64,000 bases of DNA from Thalia democratica (Eukaryota), in NCBI GenBank assembly GCA_965202585.1, contig OZ241832.1, positions 16,678,001-16,742,000 on the forward strand, read 5' to 3'. Position 1 is the stretch's first letter. Every line of letters begins with the position of its first letter. Below the pieces are notes generated by a model. That model had not been told where the DNA came from and searched no databases. It worked only from the letters and a program-made list of their open reading frames with translations. The translations under genes were made by a program, and so were the position numbers. Shown in pieces: positions 12,615-26,018 of this stretch.

Positions 12615-14437
12615 AATAATAATAATAAGTAAACAATTTCGTTTAGTCTGCAATTTTGTTTGAAAAACTTTACGTTTGCAAACTAATTAATTATAAAAGC
12701 TTTGGAAAAGTTTTACTGTTCTAACAAAACTGTGTACTGTTTTTAACAACTTTTTTCTCAATTTCTAGCTTTTAGTTTTATTATCTGACTTTATAAAAAC
12801 GTTTGAATCTTTCAATGGTTTTTGTTTTGTTTACAGAATATTTGTTATTTCTAATACTTATTTTATTATTCTTAAAAGGAACACTTTATAAATAAACTTT
12901 CAACTGATTCTAATTGACTGAAAGTTTCTTTATGCGATTTAAGCAGCAAGCTGTTTAGTCGCTTTTAATTTTCTATCTTGTCAGATAGGACTTTATTTTC
13001 CACTCTTTGATTTATGAAAAAAAGTAAAAACAATATTCAGAGTTGAATTTTTTAACAACTCTTTAGCTTCTTTCTATCAAGCATCAGCAAATTTAGTTTT
13101 TAGCAGCTTTTAGTTCTCTAAAATAAAATCAAGTCTTTATTTTTTCAAACTGAACATATTTTTACTTTTTTCAGCATTTTCGTTGCTTTCCTTGTGCAGT
13201 AATGAGTTTACTTTATCATACTTAATTTACTACGTTTCTGGTTACTTTTATAGATCCTTAATCTTTTTATGTTTGCCTGTACTAGTTTTGTAGACTGCAC
13301 AAAGTTCGTAGTTATCTACATTTATCAGTATTATTACTTTGTTTGACATTTTTTTGATAAAAAAGCAAAATTGGTAAACTTAAAGTTTCTTTTGTAGTCC
13401 TATACACTTTTGCTCGGAAGTTCTTTTGTCTTTATTCTATACTTTATGAATATTTATTAAAAGTAAAGTTAGATAAAAGCAGGAACTAATTTATTATGGT
13501 GGAAATATTTTTATAAAACATCACTTTTACTTTTGTTTTTATCTTTTTGGACTGCAGTTTCATTTTAAGACACTAATTTATTTTAAAAATTTGTCTAATT
13601 TAGTGAGTTTTTAAAATAAAATCAAAAACTTATTTTCAAAACTTTTTCACAACGGTTTAAATAAATACTTTACAGTGTGTATTAATAGATAAGTTATTAG
13701 TTTTCTTCAATAGCACCTTTACTGATTGAAGTTGTCTGAAAATTAATTAAACATTTGTCTAAGAAACAGATTGTTATTAGTTTAATGTTCGTGATATTCC
13801 AATTATAGTTTCATCCAAGAGTCTTTTTTCTGCAAACCTTTTCTCAAACCTGTTCTTCTTTTGCAATTTTATTTTCCTCTTTTAAATTATCTTTGTTAGA
13901 CACCACAATTTAGTTTTTAAGCTGGTTCACTTCATCTACTAAAAGTATTCCTTATAATAAAAAAACTAGTAATTTATACAAACCTGTTTCATATGTTTCT
14001 GTGTGTCAACGAATCAACACACTTCAACTGGGTTCTGTAAAAAAATAATTACTGAAATGAGAGAATAGAAGCATAGAATAAAGTAGGTGTATATATGTTT
14101 TCATTAAAATAAGACATAATCTACAGATAATAGTTATTAATAGGTGAAATACTTAACATTAAATCCGACTGTTATAAAATTATATGATATTTGTAATTAT
14201 TAAGTCTAAAATAAATAAGTAAGCTAAATTACACAACAAAATATAATATAAACAAACAACTTACGTTAATAGGAAAGATAACTAAATCAAAATTTACGGT
14301 TGTTAACTAACGAAAAAAATACATTTTTACAACTAATAATTACGTCACAATGTAAATGAGGCCACCTAAACTATTCAATTTGTACTGCAAGAACATTAAT
14401 TTTGTTTTTATGTAATCCATCACATCCTTTATAACGT

Positions 14438-14825
14438 AAACACAAACAACTTATCATTATAAACGTTGACTTGGAGGTCTGATCTTGCTTGTACCATTTT
14501 ATTGGCGATAAAGACGTAGTTTTTGAAACTGGATCATACACTTGTATTGTGTTGACTGGTTAACAGTAACCATTATTATCGTAATTTTTTCCGATTTCCC
14601 GAAAATCCAAAAATGATTAAAGTATTGAACAACAGCAAAATACAATTTTTCTATCTCAAGATTACAGTCAAACACTTCTTGGTTTTTAGTATCTAACAAC
14701 TTGCAAACTAGATCTCCATAAAATTCTTGAAAAACTAATAAGTTGTTTCAAGCTAGACATAATGTATAAAAGCTATACCTAAGATCTTAGGTAGCTTGTG
14801 GTAGCTTGTAAAACTCGTTGTCTAT
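14438..14825 (-). pseudogene. Internal Kelch-exon remnant of the RING-Kelch family
   Basis: Near-verbatim blocks shared with 16636-17525 (e.g. ggatcatacacttgtattgtgttgactgg, tgatcttgcttgtaccatttt), but with indels, a stop (LA*NN) and both ends missing. Confidence 0.8.
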
Positions 14826-16224
14826 TGTTAAAATAAAAAATAGTTGCCATCAACTATTAATTATAACCACTTTATAGCTTTTTTAATTTTTTATAACTGC
14901 TATCAACGACCCAGGTAGCCAAAATTGCTCACTTTAGGAACTTTAAAACTCTTCTGAGCAAAAAAATCTCTCTTTTTTTTTAGCTCAAACTGAAAAAATT
15001 ATAATTTAAAAAGGTTTTGAATGCTATAATATTATTATAGTAGTCATTTGTAAAAACATTAAGTTTAAGTAATGAAGTCTTTCATGTTACTTCTCGTTCT
15101 ATTTCTTATGTATTAAAAAATAATTAAAAACATTAATTGTTTAAAATCAATTTAACTTTAAACTATTTATATAAGTACCTAAATATACTACTCAAAAGTT
15201 AAATTTTAAATTAATAGTACTGTTGAGCACTACTGTTCAGAAAACATACTAGTAATCTTAGAACATAAATGTTCAACTTTTTCAGAAAAACTTCATTATA
15301 AATTAAAGATTTATTTATACTTTTTTTAAGTTTGTAATCTAATATGTTACTCTTAGCTGTTTTACCTACAACTGATTTAACTTAATGTCTCTTTTTAGTT
15401 ACACATTTCATTTTTAATTTTTTTATGACAATATTTCTAATATATTTCAATTAAAAATAAAAATATACTTTATAATACTTAATAGACAAGACTTTTTTAT
15501 TGTATTTCATTTGACAAGAAAATCAAATTTTAGGCCCTGTAGACGTTCCTTTTTTTTTCTTTTTTGGAGTTTAAAAGAACATAAAATTGCTTTGAGGAGT
15601 TGCAGAATGAATATTTATTTGTTAAATGTTAGCAAACATTAAAAGTGGTTAGTTTGGATGATATTTGATTACTTAAGTTATTATTATTATTAACAGTAGT
15701 AACTTATTAACAACAGTACTAGTATCACTAGCAACTTTATTTATATTAAAACTTAAAAAATTACACTTGAAATTATTATGAATAAATAAATTTACAAATC
15801 ATTTAGTTTTTTTATTTTTGAAATAAATTTTATAATGTTTATTTCAACAATATTTAAATCACACCTGTTTATAAACACTATAAATAAACAGCTTAATTTT
15901 GTAAAATATATTTTACAAACAATGTAAGAGAAACGTTTATTTTAAACAAAGAATCTTTAATTTGAAAGAAAGAAGCATTTCAAGAGTAAAATACCTGACG
16001 TAATGGTAAAAGCAGATGGCTGGGCAAAATTTAAATAGAAAAAGGTAATAAAATAAAAATTTTAGTTTTACTATCAAGAGCAAAAATAAATTTAAATAAA
16101 CGTTTATGAAGATTTTGAAGTTTTAAAATATGTATTAAAAAAAAAGCATTTACAACTAATACTAAGCTAATGTAAACTTCATCTTTTACTATAAGTTTAA
16201 AATAATAAAACTAGATTATATTTG

Positions 16225-16360
16225 TTAGCAGGTATAATTGTTAACAGCACAAGCATTAAAGTTCAATTTAAATGCTAGTGAGCCAAATGCAACTGTAAAG
16301 TTTATAAACAAAATATATTAAGAGCTTTATTCTTCAAAAAAGTCGTATAAAATCAATGTT
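16225..16360 (-). pseudogene. Decayed 3'-terminal Kelch remnant
   Basis: Minus strand reads ...GSLAFKLNFNACAVNNYTC*, aligning with the termini YAYAVNNYIC* and YACAVNNYIC* of the two full copies. Confidence 0.6.
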
Positions 16361-16635
16361 AGAGCAATCTCAATCAAAAATCTTTAGTTTTCCTTAAACA
16401 AGCATTATAATATTAAAATGCAAGATCACTTATAAAAGGCATAGATTGAAAAAAGTATTAAATTTAAAAAGAGATAATGTGTATTAAAATAAAATGTTTA
16501 GAAGCTTTAAAATATTAGAAATTTTTAAAATGGTTAATAGAAAAGTTTAAAAATGACGTCTGAAACTTAAAAAATTTACACTTAGTATAAAATATTTAAT
16601 TAAACGCTTTTAATAACGAAACTAGTAAACATTTA

Positions 16636-19123
16636 TTAGCAGATATAATTGTTAACAGCATAAGCATACTTAAAATATGACTTAAATCCAGGTGAGTCAA
16701 CTCCATCTCTCCAAACATTAGTGTCTAGGTTGTAGATTTCCATAGATTTTGGGGAGTCATATGATCCACCAATAACATAAACGAGGTTTCCAACACTGCA
16801 ACAAGCGAAATTGCTTCGAGCATTTTTCATTGGAGCCATCATTACAAACTTGTTTGATTCAGGAGAGTACATCTCAACACTGTTAGTTTTACTTTCTTCA
16901 CAACGTCCTCCAAACGCAAACAATTTATCATTATAAACGATGACTTGGTGGTCTGATCTTGCTTGTACCATTTTTACTGGCGATAAAGACGTAGTATTTG
17001 AAATTGGATCATACACTTGTATTGTGTTGACTGGTGCTAAGTATTCAAAACCATCATCGTCGTAATAAGTTTCCATTCCCCCGATAATCCAAAACTTATC
17101 AAAGTATTGAACAACAGTAAGATATAAATTTTCCGGTTGTCTTATTGTCTGAAAGCTATAATCAACAACTTTTTTGCTATTTGTGTCTATTAACTTGCAA
17201 AAGGGATTATAAAAATCTTGAAAATCGAATAAGTTGTTTCCAGCTAGACATGATGCATAAAGGCTATTCCTTTGATCTATTGTATCTTGTGGTAGCTTGT
17301 AAAACTCGTTGTCTAGTATTGAAATCCCTTTTATGTCAACTACATATATTTTGTTGTTGATTTCATGAATATCACATATGTCACCAACTAAATGTGGATA
17401 TTTGTTTATTCTAACCCACTTTTTATCGTCTAACAGATACTGGTAACTGTATTCGTTGTCGGAATTCACAACCACGATGGCTTTTGCTTCTGTACGATCA
17501 TCTTCTTTAACTTTCACGTTTTCACCTAAAATTTTTACATTGGTTAGCATAAAATAAATTTTTTATAAGAATAAATAATTTTAATTGTACAAAGTATGTT
17601 ATCCGTTTTAGTTTAAAAAAATCATTGAATTTTAGAAGTGTTGTTTTGAATTGTAAAATTTAAAACTATCAAGTTTAAATGATTTTGTAAGAAAAATTAA
17701 TAATAACCAAGAATCTTATTATCATAAGTTCTTTACATCTATCTAGTGGCAATAAATGAATATATTCTTTTAAAAATGAAATTTGTGTAGAGATAATGAT
17801 ACTGTTTAAATAAGAATAAAAAACTGGAGTAATTACTTATAGTACTTAATTTAGGTAGTAAAATTAAAATTAGTGTTTATAAACAACAATTTAATAAATA
17901 AGTTATATTGATTTCTATATATCATTTTCATGTGACATTATACATATAATTTTAAGTGGCTTATTACAATATGTTTTCCTTAAGAGTTAACTCTCGGAAT
18001 TGAGGTGATTTTCTTTTCAATACAAATTTTATGCTCTCAGGATGATCTATTTAACCGTGTGTTAAGAAGAATAAACTTAAATAGTTCAAATTAGAGCAGA
18101 AAAATAATTTAAGATATGAAAATTGAAAAAAATTAGGGTTACTTAAATGATTTTTAATTTAATTTTGATCTTTTATCAAAATGTTTAAACATAATTCAAT
18201 CAATTAAAAAAGGTTCATTAATTAATTTCGTTTAGCTCTTCATCAGAATAAACATGCTAAAAGCTGATAATAATATAGTGCAAATTTAGTTATAAACAGT
18301 AATTTTTAAATACATAGCTAAAAATTGTTACGTCATAAAGCATACAAGTATCTTTAAATTATAGTTGAGTTATACTTAGCTGACTTGAAGTTGTTTGTAA
18401 AACAAAAGTGTTAAAACAAAACAAAATCCGTTATTAGCACCAGTTTTAATATTTGTCATAGGTTCAATTTTTTTTTTAACTAGCAGCACTTCTACAGATC
18501 AGAGAAGTATTTAAACTAGCTATGTAAAGCAAACTAAAAAACTAATTAGTTTTGTTACAAGCCAAAATTAACTCTGTAGAGCAGTGTTAACTTAGCTGAA
18601 AAATATTATAAGTTGTACAACATAAATATTAACTAACTTTTACTTATGATATCTCTATCCAAACTACTCATGGAAGACAATTTTTCTTCTAGTTTCGTTA
18701 TTTGGGATTTCAAAACTTTGTTTTTCACTTCTTCATTTTCCAGTTTTGAGCGCAAATCTTCTTTTTCATCTGAAGCCTTTTGTAATTTATCTCCAACTCT
18801 AAATTCTTATTTTCTAGGTTTACAATTCTTTCAAAGAACAACTTCTGCAGGTTTTTTGTGGATTCTTCGTAAACTGTCAAGATGCTTTTAGTTTGATTAG
18901 ATGATCCTCTGTACACAGGAACTGCATCTTCTTTTTTAGAAGGGTAAAGCTTTTGCACAAAATTGTTTCTTGTAACTGAAGACCCACATTCAGGACAAGT
19001 TGAATTGGTATCCAACCATTGCTGAAGACACCCATTGTGATACAGATGTCCGCAGTTCAAGACTGAAATTTCTTCAGTACAAAAATTTATATCTTCTTGA
19101 CAAATTGCACAACTTACTGACAT
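16636..19123 (-). CDS. RING-H2 / coiled-coil / Kelch gene, copy A; exons 19123-18638 and 17525-16636; 1-nt deletion near 18792 shifts the frame (disrupted as sequenced)
   Basis: TRAIP-like N-terminal RING (CAIC...CGHLYHNGC...W...CPEC). After correcting the 1-nt deletion the frame matches copy B up to DIISK A|GTTAGT (phase 1). Acceptor atgCTAACcaatgtaaaaattttAG|GT GAA (phase 1) enters the Kelch frame of ORF 16636-17550, which has GG...Y...W repeats. Confidence 0.8.
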
Positions 19124-19772
19124 TTTTTAAAGTTCTGTAACAAAATGATAACAAAAACTTTTAATTTTTTAAAACAAAATCCATGATGTGTTTGTTTAAG
19201 TATCATGAAGAAATAAAGTTTTAGTTTTTTGATATTAATTGTCAAATGATTATGATAAAAATATAAGTTATAATTGATTTAAACACAACTAGTTTAACTT
19301 TCCATGAAAACTTTATAATTTTTAAAAATCTTTACAAAATATGGACTGTGTTTCACTCACTTTATTAGTACTACTCGACACAAGTAAATTCTATTTATTT
19401 ACTATTTACCTATTTATAAGATTTAATATTTTATAACTGATAGGTTCTACTTGAGACTAATTCATATAAATCAGACAAGGCATATTGAGAAGTAACAATT
19501 ACTATTGAACAGTTTGATTTAAGACTAATTGAGAAGTATTTTTTAAAACAACGACAAAAAAATAATCGAAATCTCTATTTTAAAAAAGTGAGTAACTTTA
19601 AAAACTTTTATAAATCACTTGGCATAAGTTGAAACTTAATAATAAACCAAGTTTTAGTTAATTAAACTGTAAAACGATTAAAGAATCTTCGACAATTTAA
19701 ATCTATATAAAAAAACTTAAAACAATTAACTTAAGATAAAAGAAATTAGCAATAAAATATAAAAGGCTTAAT

Positions 19773-21139
19773 CAGGATTGCCACAGATCAAGCTGAGAAA
19801 AATTTCCTGACTTTTTCTAACTTTTTACTCAAGTTTTACCGACTTTTCTTAAACAAACTCCTAATTTAAACTTAATCTAAAATACATAATCAAACACTTA
19901 TACCTATATAAAGCTTTTAATTTTATTCATTTACAGGTAAAAACAATTTTTTTTTGGCTGAATTCATTCATCTAACTTCCATTACATCACTTTAACCATC
20001 TGTGTATGATTGATGTATTTTAAACAAACAACTCTATCAGCAAAATATAGTCAGACTTAGCAAAAAAATGTAAAGCAATCTAAAGGTATTAATATCTAAT
20101 AGTATAAAATATTTATCTAAATCATGTAATACTTATATAAATTGTTTACTTAGTTTAATAAAATAAGTACCTTAACCATGTAGTACAAAATCATTAAATA
20201 AAAAATCATTTATAAAAGAATATACTTAACTAACTGTAAACTTACATAAAAAAGTAACTTTATATCTGTTATATAATATATTTCCTCTTATCATTTATTT
20301 TTAAGTTTAAAAGAAATTACAAATAAGTTAAATTACAATAGAATATGCCTTTTATTAAAACTTAAAATTCAAGTTTAAACAATTTTGAAAAACTATCATG
20401 TGGTATAGTATACAAATAAACTTGTTACATAAAATACTGAACTTCTACTTAATTATAAAGAACTTAATAATTTACTTAAACAAAAAACACTTTAGTTTTT
20501 AAATTCTGCAATATAAACTTTTTTTTATATATCACAGTTTCACTATGGGAGTTTCCTTGTCACAGACAGGGTTGCCAAATATTTTTATCAAATTTTATCC
20601 AGGTTTTAAAAATTTCCTCCTGGATTTAAAAGTTACACGTTTTAGGGTCTATTTTTAGTTATAAGATTAAGTTTAAGCTAAAAACTGTGTTAAATAGTAC
20701 AAAGACATGGAAAAGATATCTTAAAGATCAATTAAATGTGTCTTTTAACAAAAATATTTTAATGATGAGAAAAAAATGTTATATATATAATAGATTTTTT
20801 TCGGTCAAATCAAAATTTTATTACTCAAAACGTTTTAAAGTTGTAAAAAACTCAACGTTTTTCCAGAAATTAAGGTTTTTTTTGGCAACCCTGCACAGAT
20901 AATCAATACCAAAAAGCATACAATAACTGCTTGTTGCTTTATTTTAATATACTTAGAAAAATAAGGAATTTCGTAAATTTGAACTGCTAAAATCTAACTT
21001 TTCTTAAAGTTTGTTAAATAACCTTTTTTTTTGTGAACTTTTTTGAAAAACTCGCTTTTTTCCTGACATTTCCTAATTTTTGTCTTTTTTTTAAGTGTTT
21101 GTAAATTTAATGATTTTTCCTGATCTTGTGGCAACCCTG
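19773..21139. mobile_element. Non-autonomous TIR DNA transposon, 1367 bp, 6-bp TSD
   Basis: Left end CAGGATTGCCACAGATC, right end GATCTTGTGGCAACCCTG; flanks CTTAAT / CTTATA. The paralogous position in copy B (about 28848) has a single CTTAAT and no insertion. Confidence 0.75.
20567..20893. mobile_element. 327-bp MITE nested in the previous element, 6-bp TSD
   Basis: Perfect 13-bp TIR CAGGGTTGCCAAA / TTTGGCAACCCTG; CACAGA on both sides (20561-20566, 20894-20899). Confidence 0.85.
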
Positions 21140-24100
21140 CTTATAATTTATTAAACATTTGTATGTAACTAAAATAATTTAACCAATGAATAAACAATTC
21201 ATTGATTAACTCTATATTTAAATATTATATACAACAAACATACACAAAGAAGTTAAGATAAAACATTTTTCTGTAGATCTTTTAAACAGCTGGGCAAAAC
21301 ACAAATGATTGCACAATGACATTGTCTTTGTCAGAATTTTTCACGCCTCACTAACCCTTGTTCTGATTGACTCATTAGGTTGTGGTGTGATCATCAGTTC
21401 ACTTCCAAATATGTTTGACTCTCATGTTCAGGGTTCAAAACAATCAATAATGCAAGTAAATACAGCACTTGATTAAAACATACTACTAAAAAAAGCTAGC
21501 AACAGCTGTGTATTAAACTATCTTATATTGTTTTCTAGCACTTAAATTACAGTTTTTTTGGAAAACTATAATTTAAACTTTATCAGAACAAGAATCACCT
21601 ATTTTTACGTGCAAATGAAGCAAAAATAAGAATTGTTTTTGTTAGATTCAAGAAAATCAGCTTGGTTGCTAAAAACATGTTTAATTTATATCAAACTAGC
21701 TTAAGTTTTTGGTATAACTAAAAACTTGAAGTATGAGCAAGATTTATATATGATCTTTTATATATGATAGTTGTTATATAATCTTAAACACTTAAAAGTC
21801 ATTATGATACTAAAAATCCAAGAATAAAATAATTCTGAAGTCAAAAATCCTAGCCTGCAACATTGGAAGAAAAACAACTGCATTAACTTTAGTAAGTAAA
21901 ATCTTGCAAACAAACTGATTTAGGATTATTGGAGTTTTAGTTCTATTACATCTATAACAACAATGATCATCAAATAAAATACTATAGCTAGCTTAAATAC
22001 CGCACATAAATTAAAAGACCAACTACTTTAAAGCACCAAATCTGAAATAATAGTTTGTTAAATACTAAATATGTATAAACATTTTCTTTGGTTTACTTGT
22101 AGTTTTTGTTCTTCTATTTTGATAAGGTTAACAAATAATGACTGATTAAAACATTATTGTTTCAATATTTCATTAAAAACTTTATAAATAAAAACAATAT
22201 TTTCACTAAAAAATAACTTGGCAACAGTAATGTGTTTAACTTTCTGATAACTTTTTTAATTTTTGTCTTCTATAAGAGTTGCCAATATTAGAAGGACAAC
22301 AACTAGTTTGAACTAATTTGTAGCAGGGTTTTCCTTATTTTCATAAACTGCACTTGTCAAAAAATAAATGCTACTTTTTATTAGGTATAGCTACATTACT
22401 AGCTGTTTGCTTTTTTCACAGCCTACTCACTATTTACGCCTAAGGTAGCCAAAATTGCCCACTTTGGGAACTTTATAACTATCCTTAGCAAGAAAAACTC
22501 ACATTTCTTAGATCTTACTGAAAGAAAAATAATTTAAACAACCCTTTAAATCTTCAAGTTTCTTGTTAGGCGCCAAGAAAATCAAAAAAGGCCAGCTTGA
22601 TGGCTAAAGTTTGATTTGAATAAAAAAAAAGATAATTGAAGTAATAAAAGAATTATACAAAATTGTATAAATAAATATTTATTAACAATTTTTTTAATCA
22701 TAAAAATTAGCTTGATATTTTGAAAAAAAAAAAATTTTACTGAAACTTTTAAAAAACTATTAGCAAGCCAAAGTCAGCTAATTTTTATTTAAATGTTCAA
22801 GTCTAAAATAGACCAAAAAAAAAACATAACTACCTTATCTAACATTACTATAAGAATAATAAGTAAATTTTCAACTATTTAAAACCACTTAAGTTGAAAT
22901 ACAGACTGTTATTTATTTTAGAAATAGTAGGAATACTATACATTGTTTAATATAAATTTTATATCTATTAAATTTTATAAGTACCTAAACATATTCTTCA
23001 AGTTAAGAAATTAAAAATAGTACTACTATATAACACTTAACATACACGGCTAGTAAACTAAAAGTTCAGTCTGATTAAAATGAAAAACTTTAAAAAGCTG
23101 AGACAGCAAGAAAATCGTATTTTTAGTTTGAAGTGTTTGTTTTTTTTTTTTTTACTTAACTTTTAATATTTTTTGATAGGGTAGGTTAGGAACAAGGTTA
23201 TAAAATTATTAAAATTTAAATAAACTCCTGAAAGTGCTGATTCAATTTTTTTTTCTGCTCAGCTTAGACTGATATTTAAGTATACTTTCCCTAATATTTT
23301 ACTACAAACATCAATATTTATGTATACCAGAAAATATTAGAAAAAAATTAAAGGTTTATTTAAATTTTTTTTATTTATATATTTGTATCCCAAACTGTTA
23401 CTACTCAGCTCTTTTAGCTACATCTATCTCAGATCAATTTTTCTCCTTTATAATGTAGTTTTATTTTTGAATTTTTTTTCTTCAATATATTTAATATTTT
23501 TTCTAATAATTTTTTTTTAAACCTTAATAATACTTTTAAGTTAAATATTTTTTATAAATTTTTATTCCTTAAAGAAAACATTTAACCTTTTTTTTTTATG
23601 TGACGTCACTTTTTGTAAGGTTTTAACTTTTCCACTTTCTTCAAACTTTTCTCAAACTCATTAATCTTAATTAATTGGTTATCACAAACTGTTAAACGGT
23701 GAATGTTTTTAGGAAAAATTAAAGTTGTTAAATATTTTTTCTAAGCTCTCTGTGTTGTATATGTTTTTTTAAAAGTGCTCGAACGACAAAAAATGGCTAA
23801 AAAAGTTTGGCCCGAATTTTTGTGTATGAAAAAACATTTTAAAATCAAGTCTTGCACCACAAACACAGTTTGATTTCTTGTCAAAAACATTTTTGTTATA
23901 TAACTATGATTACATGTATTATATTGATTTTACCTTTGTTGACAGTAAACTGTTTGGAAGCTGTAAGTTTTCTATTTTGTTTGTTAGTTTTCTTTGTCAT
24001 AAATGCTAAAATGAAAATTAGAATTAACTACATCAGTTTTCAAAAATTAATAATATTGAAAAAACTAGTGGTTTGGAAAATAAGTTGTATCCAAATGTAT

Positions 24101-25277
24101 TTAAAAACCATTTTTAGGCAGCACTTTAGAGCAACAGTTTGTGTGGGTGTTAATTTAGTTTAATCTTCAAAAACTACCTTGTTCATTATGTTTAAGTTTT
24201 TTAATTGATAACTTAAGTTGATTAATAAAATTTTAACTACCAATTATCGAACCTCCTCAGAATTTTTAAAATTTGATCTTTAAACATAGTTTAATTACCT
24301 CGTTTTTATCCTGTGGACTTAACATACACAGTATAGTGCTTTGTAGTATTTTAAACTTTCGCATTCTTTGTTAAACTTAGTAATAATGTTTTTACATAGA
24401 CCCGTTTAGGCTTTGCATACTACTAAACAGTTTTCAGTAAGCATAAAATTATGAGTAATGTTAATACAATATTTAACAATTTGAAAAATATTTCAGAAAC
24501 TGCCAACGTATATGTTCTTTAAACATAATCTCTAAAAACTATGTTTCTAACAAATTTTATGATATTTAAATATGTTAATTCTGTTTTCACTTTTGAAGCA
24601 AACAGTTTTTATAAAATGCAATAGGTTGACTTTAAATAGATTTCTATTATATGATAAATATTTTGAACACAAACATTATTTCAAAATCAAATCTTAACAA
24701 CAATATACAATATTTAGAAGAAATGTATACAAAATCATAAGTTATATTATGTGCTGTAAACGACTAACAATTCTTGAGTTTTTTTATAAAATTGTCAAAG
24801 AAAATTAGGTATATATGCTTTTTTAGATTTTAGGAATAATTAAAATTGCAAATTGCATAAAACAATACTAAGTTAAGTTCTTAATTCGTTAGAAAATGCA
24901 AACGTTTTGCGAAACTCTGTTGTAAAACTAGCCTTATTTCACATGGTTTGTTTTATAAATTTTTTCTATAAATTTATTTTTTTATATATTTTTTATTTTG
25001 TACTTGCTTGTTCCCTAGCGTTTTTTAACTTAACTTTATAATTTAATTAATTTATATCTTGTGTTTCCTCATTGTACTTTTGTACGTTGTACTTTTATTC
25101 ATTATTGTTTACTTTAATATTATAGCATGTGAATAATTAAAGTTAGAACAACCTCTAAAAAAATTAGAAAAAAAAAATATGATTGTAATGATGCTTTTTA
25201 CAGTAGTTGTCTTTTTTATTGCTTATTTCTGTAATCGTCGCATATCGTAATACAGTATGTGTAAAAAATATGTATAT

Positions 25278-25430
25278 TACCAAAACATTTTGGTAGATCG
25301 GTTTTTAGTCTAGCAAAAGCTTGTGGGCTGATGACCAAAATGGTATGATCAAACCTCAATCTAACTGACGTTTGTGTAACGGCATATGAAAGTCCAGACT
25401 TAGGCTCTTTAGACTTTCGTTTATGTTTTC
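25278..25430. other. Second, loop-deleted copy of the 9196-9467 structured element
   Basis: cttgtgggctgatgaccaaaatggtatgatcaaacc...gcatatgaaagtcc...agactttc aligns with cttgtggtctagtgatcaaattggtatggtcaaccc...gcatacgaaagtct...agactttt. Confidence 0.6.
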
Positions 25431-26018
25431 TTTTAGAGTAAAATAATACGGATATTTTATAAGAAGTCGCTGAATGACTATATACTTATTAAGTGTTAGC
25501 AAATATTAAATACGGTTAATTTAAAAGACATTTAGTTTTTTAAATAACTGGTTAAATTTTTACTAGTTGTACGAGAAATATTATAAAAACATGTTGAAAA
25601 AAAGCTTAAGTAATGTTTTAGTTTTAAATTTTTGAAAAATTTATACTATGTTTGTTTTATCAATTTATAAGTCAAAATTGTTTATAAACAAAATAAATTA
25701 ACAGACTATTTTTATTTTGAAACATAGTTTACAAAAATGTTAAAGCAAACGTTTATTTCAACAAAGATTTAATAGAAACAAACATTCTTAGAGTAAAATG
25801 TCAGGCCTACTGATAAAAGTATATAGCTAGGAAAAAATTTAAAAGAAAAACTAATAATATAAAATTATTACGTGCAAAAGTGTACTAAAACAATTTTTAG
25901 TACACTTTTCAAATTTAAAACTGCTCGTTTAAAGAAAGCAATTAAAAACATCTACAATTAACACTTAACCTTAAATATTTCACTAAAAGTTTAAAATAAA
26001 GAAACTTTAAAGTTACTC

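Noticed and set aside
12900-13900. Coding-like, Lys/Glu-rich stretches on the minus strand starting aaaaaATGTCA near 13330
   Set aside because: Many stops and no recognisable domain; could be a decayed gene or TE ORF but cannot be supported.
17526-17550. ATG starts of the stand-alone Kelch ORFs (17550 and 26900)
   Set aside because: Not conserved between the copies, and they lie inside a branch-point/acceptor context that gives an in-phase splice to the RING exon.
21395-21470. Short minus-strand peptide (ALxIVLNPE...YLEV) in frame in three copies (about 21400, 29110, 31820)
   Set aside because: Upstream frame is closed in all copies and no consistent acceptor exists; the similarity is explained by the segmental duplication.
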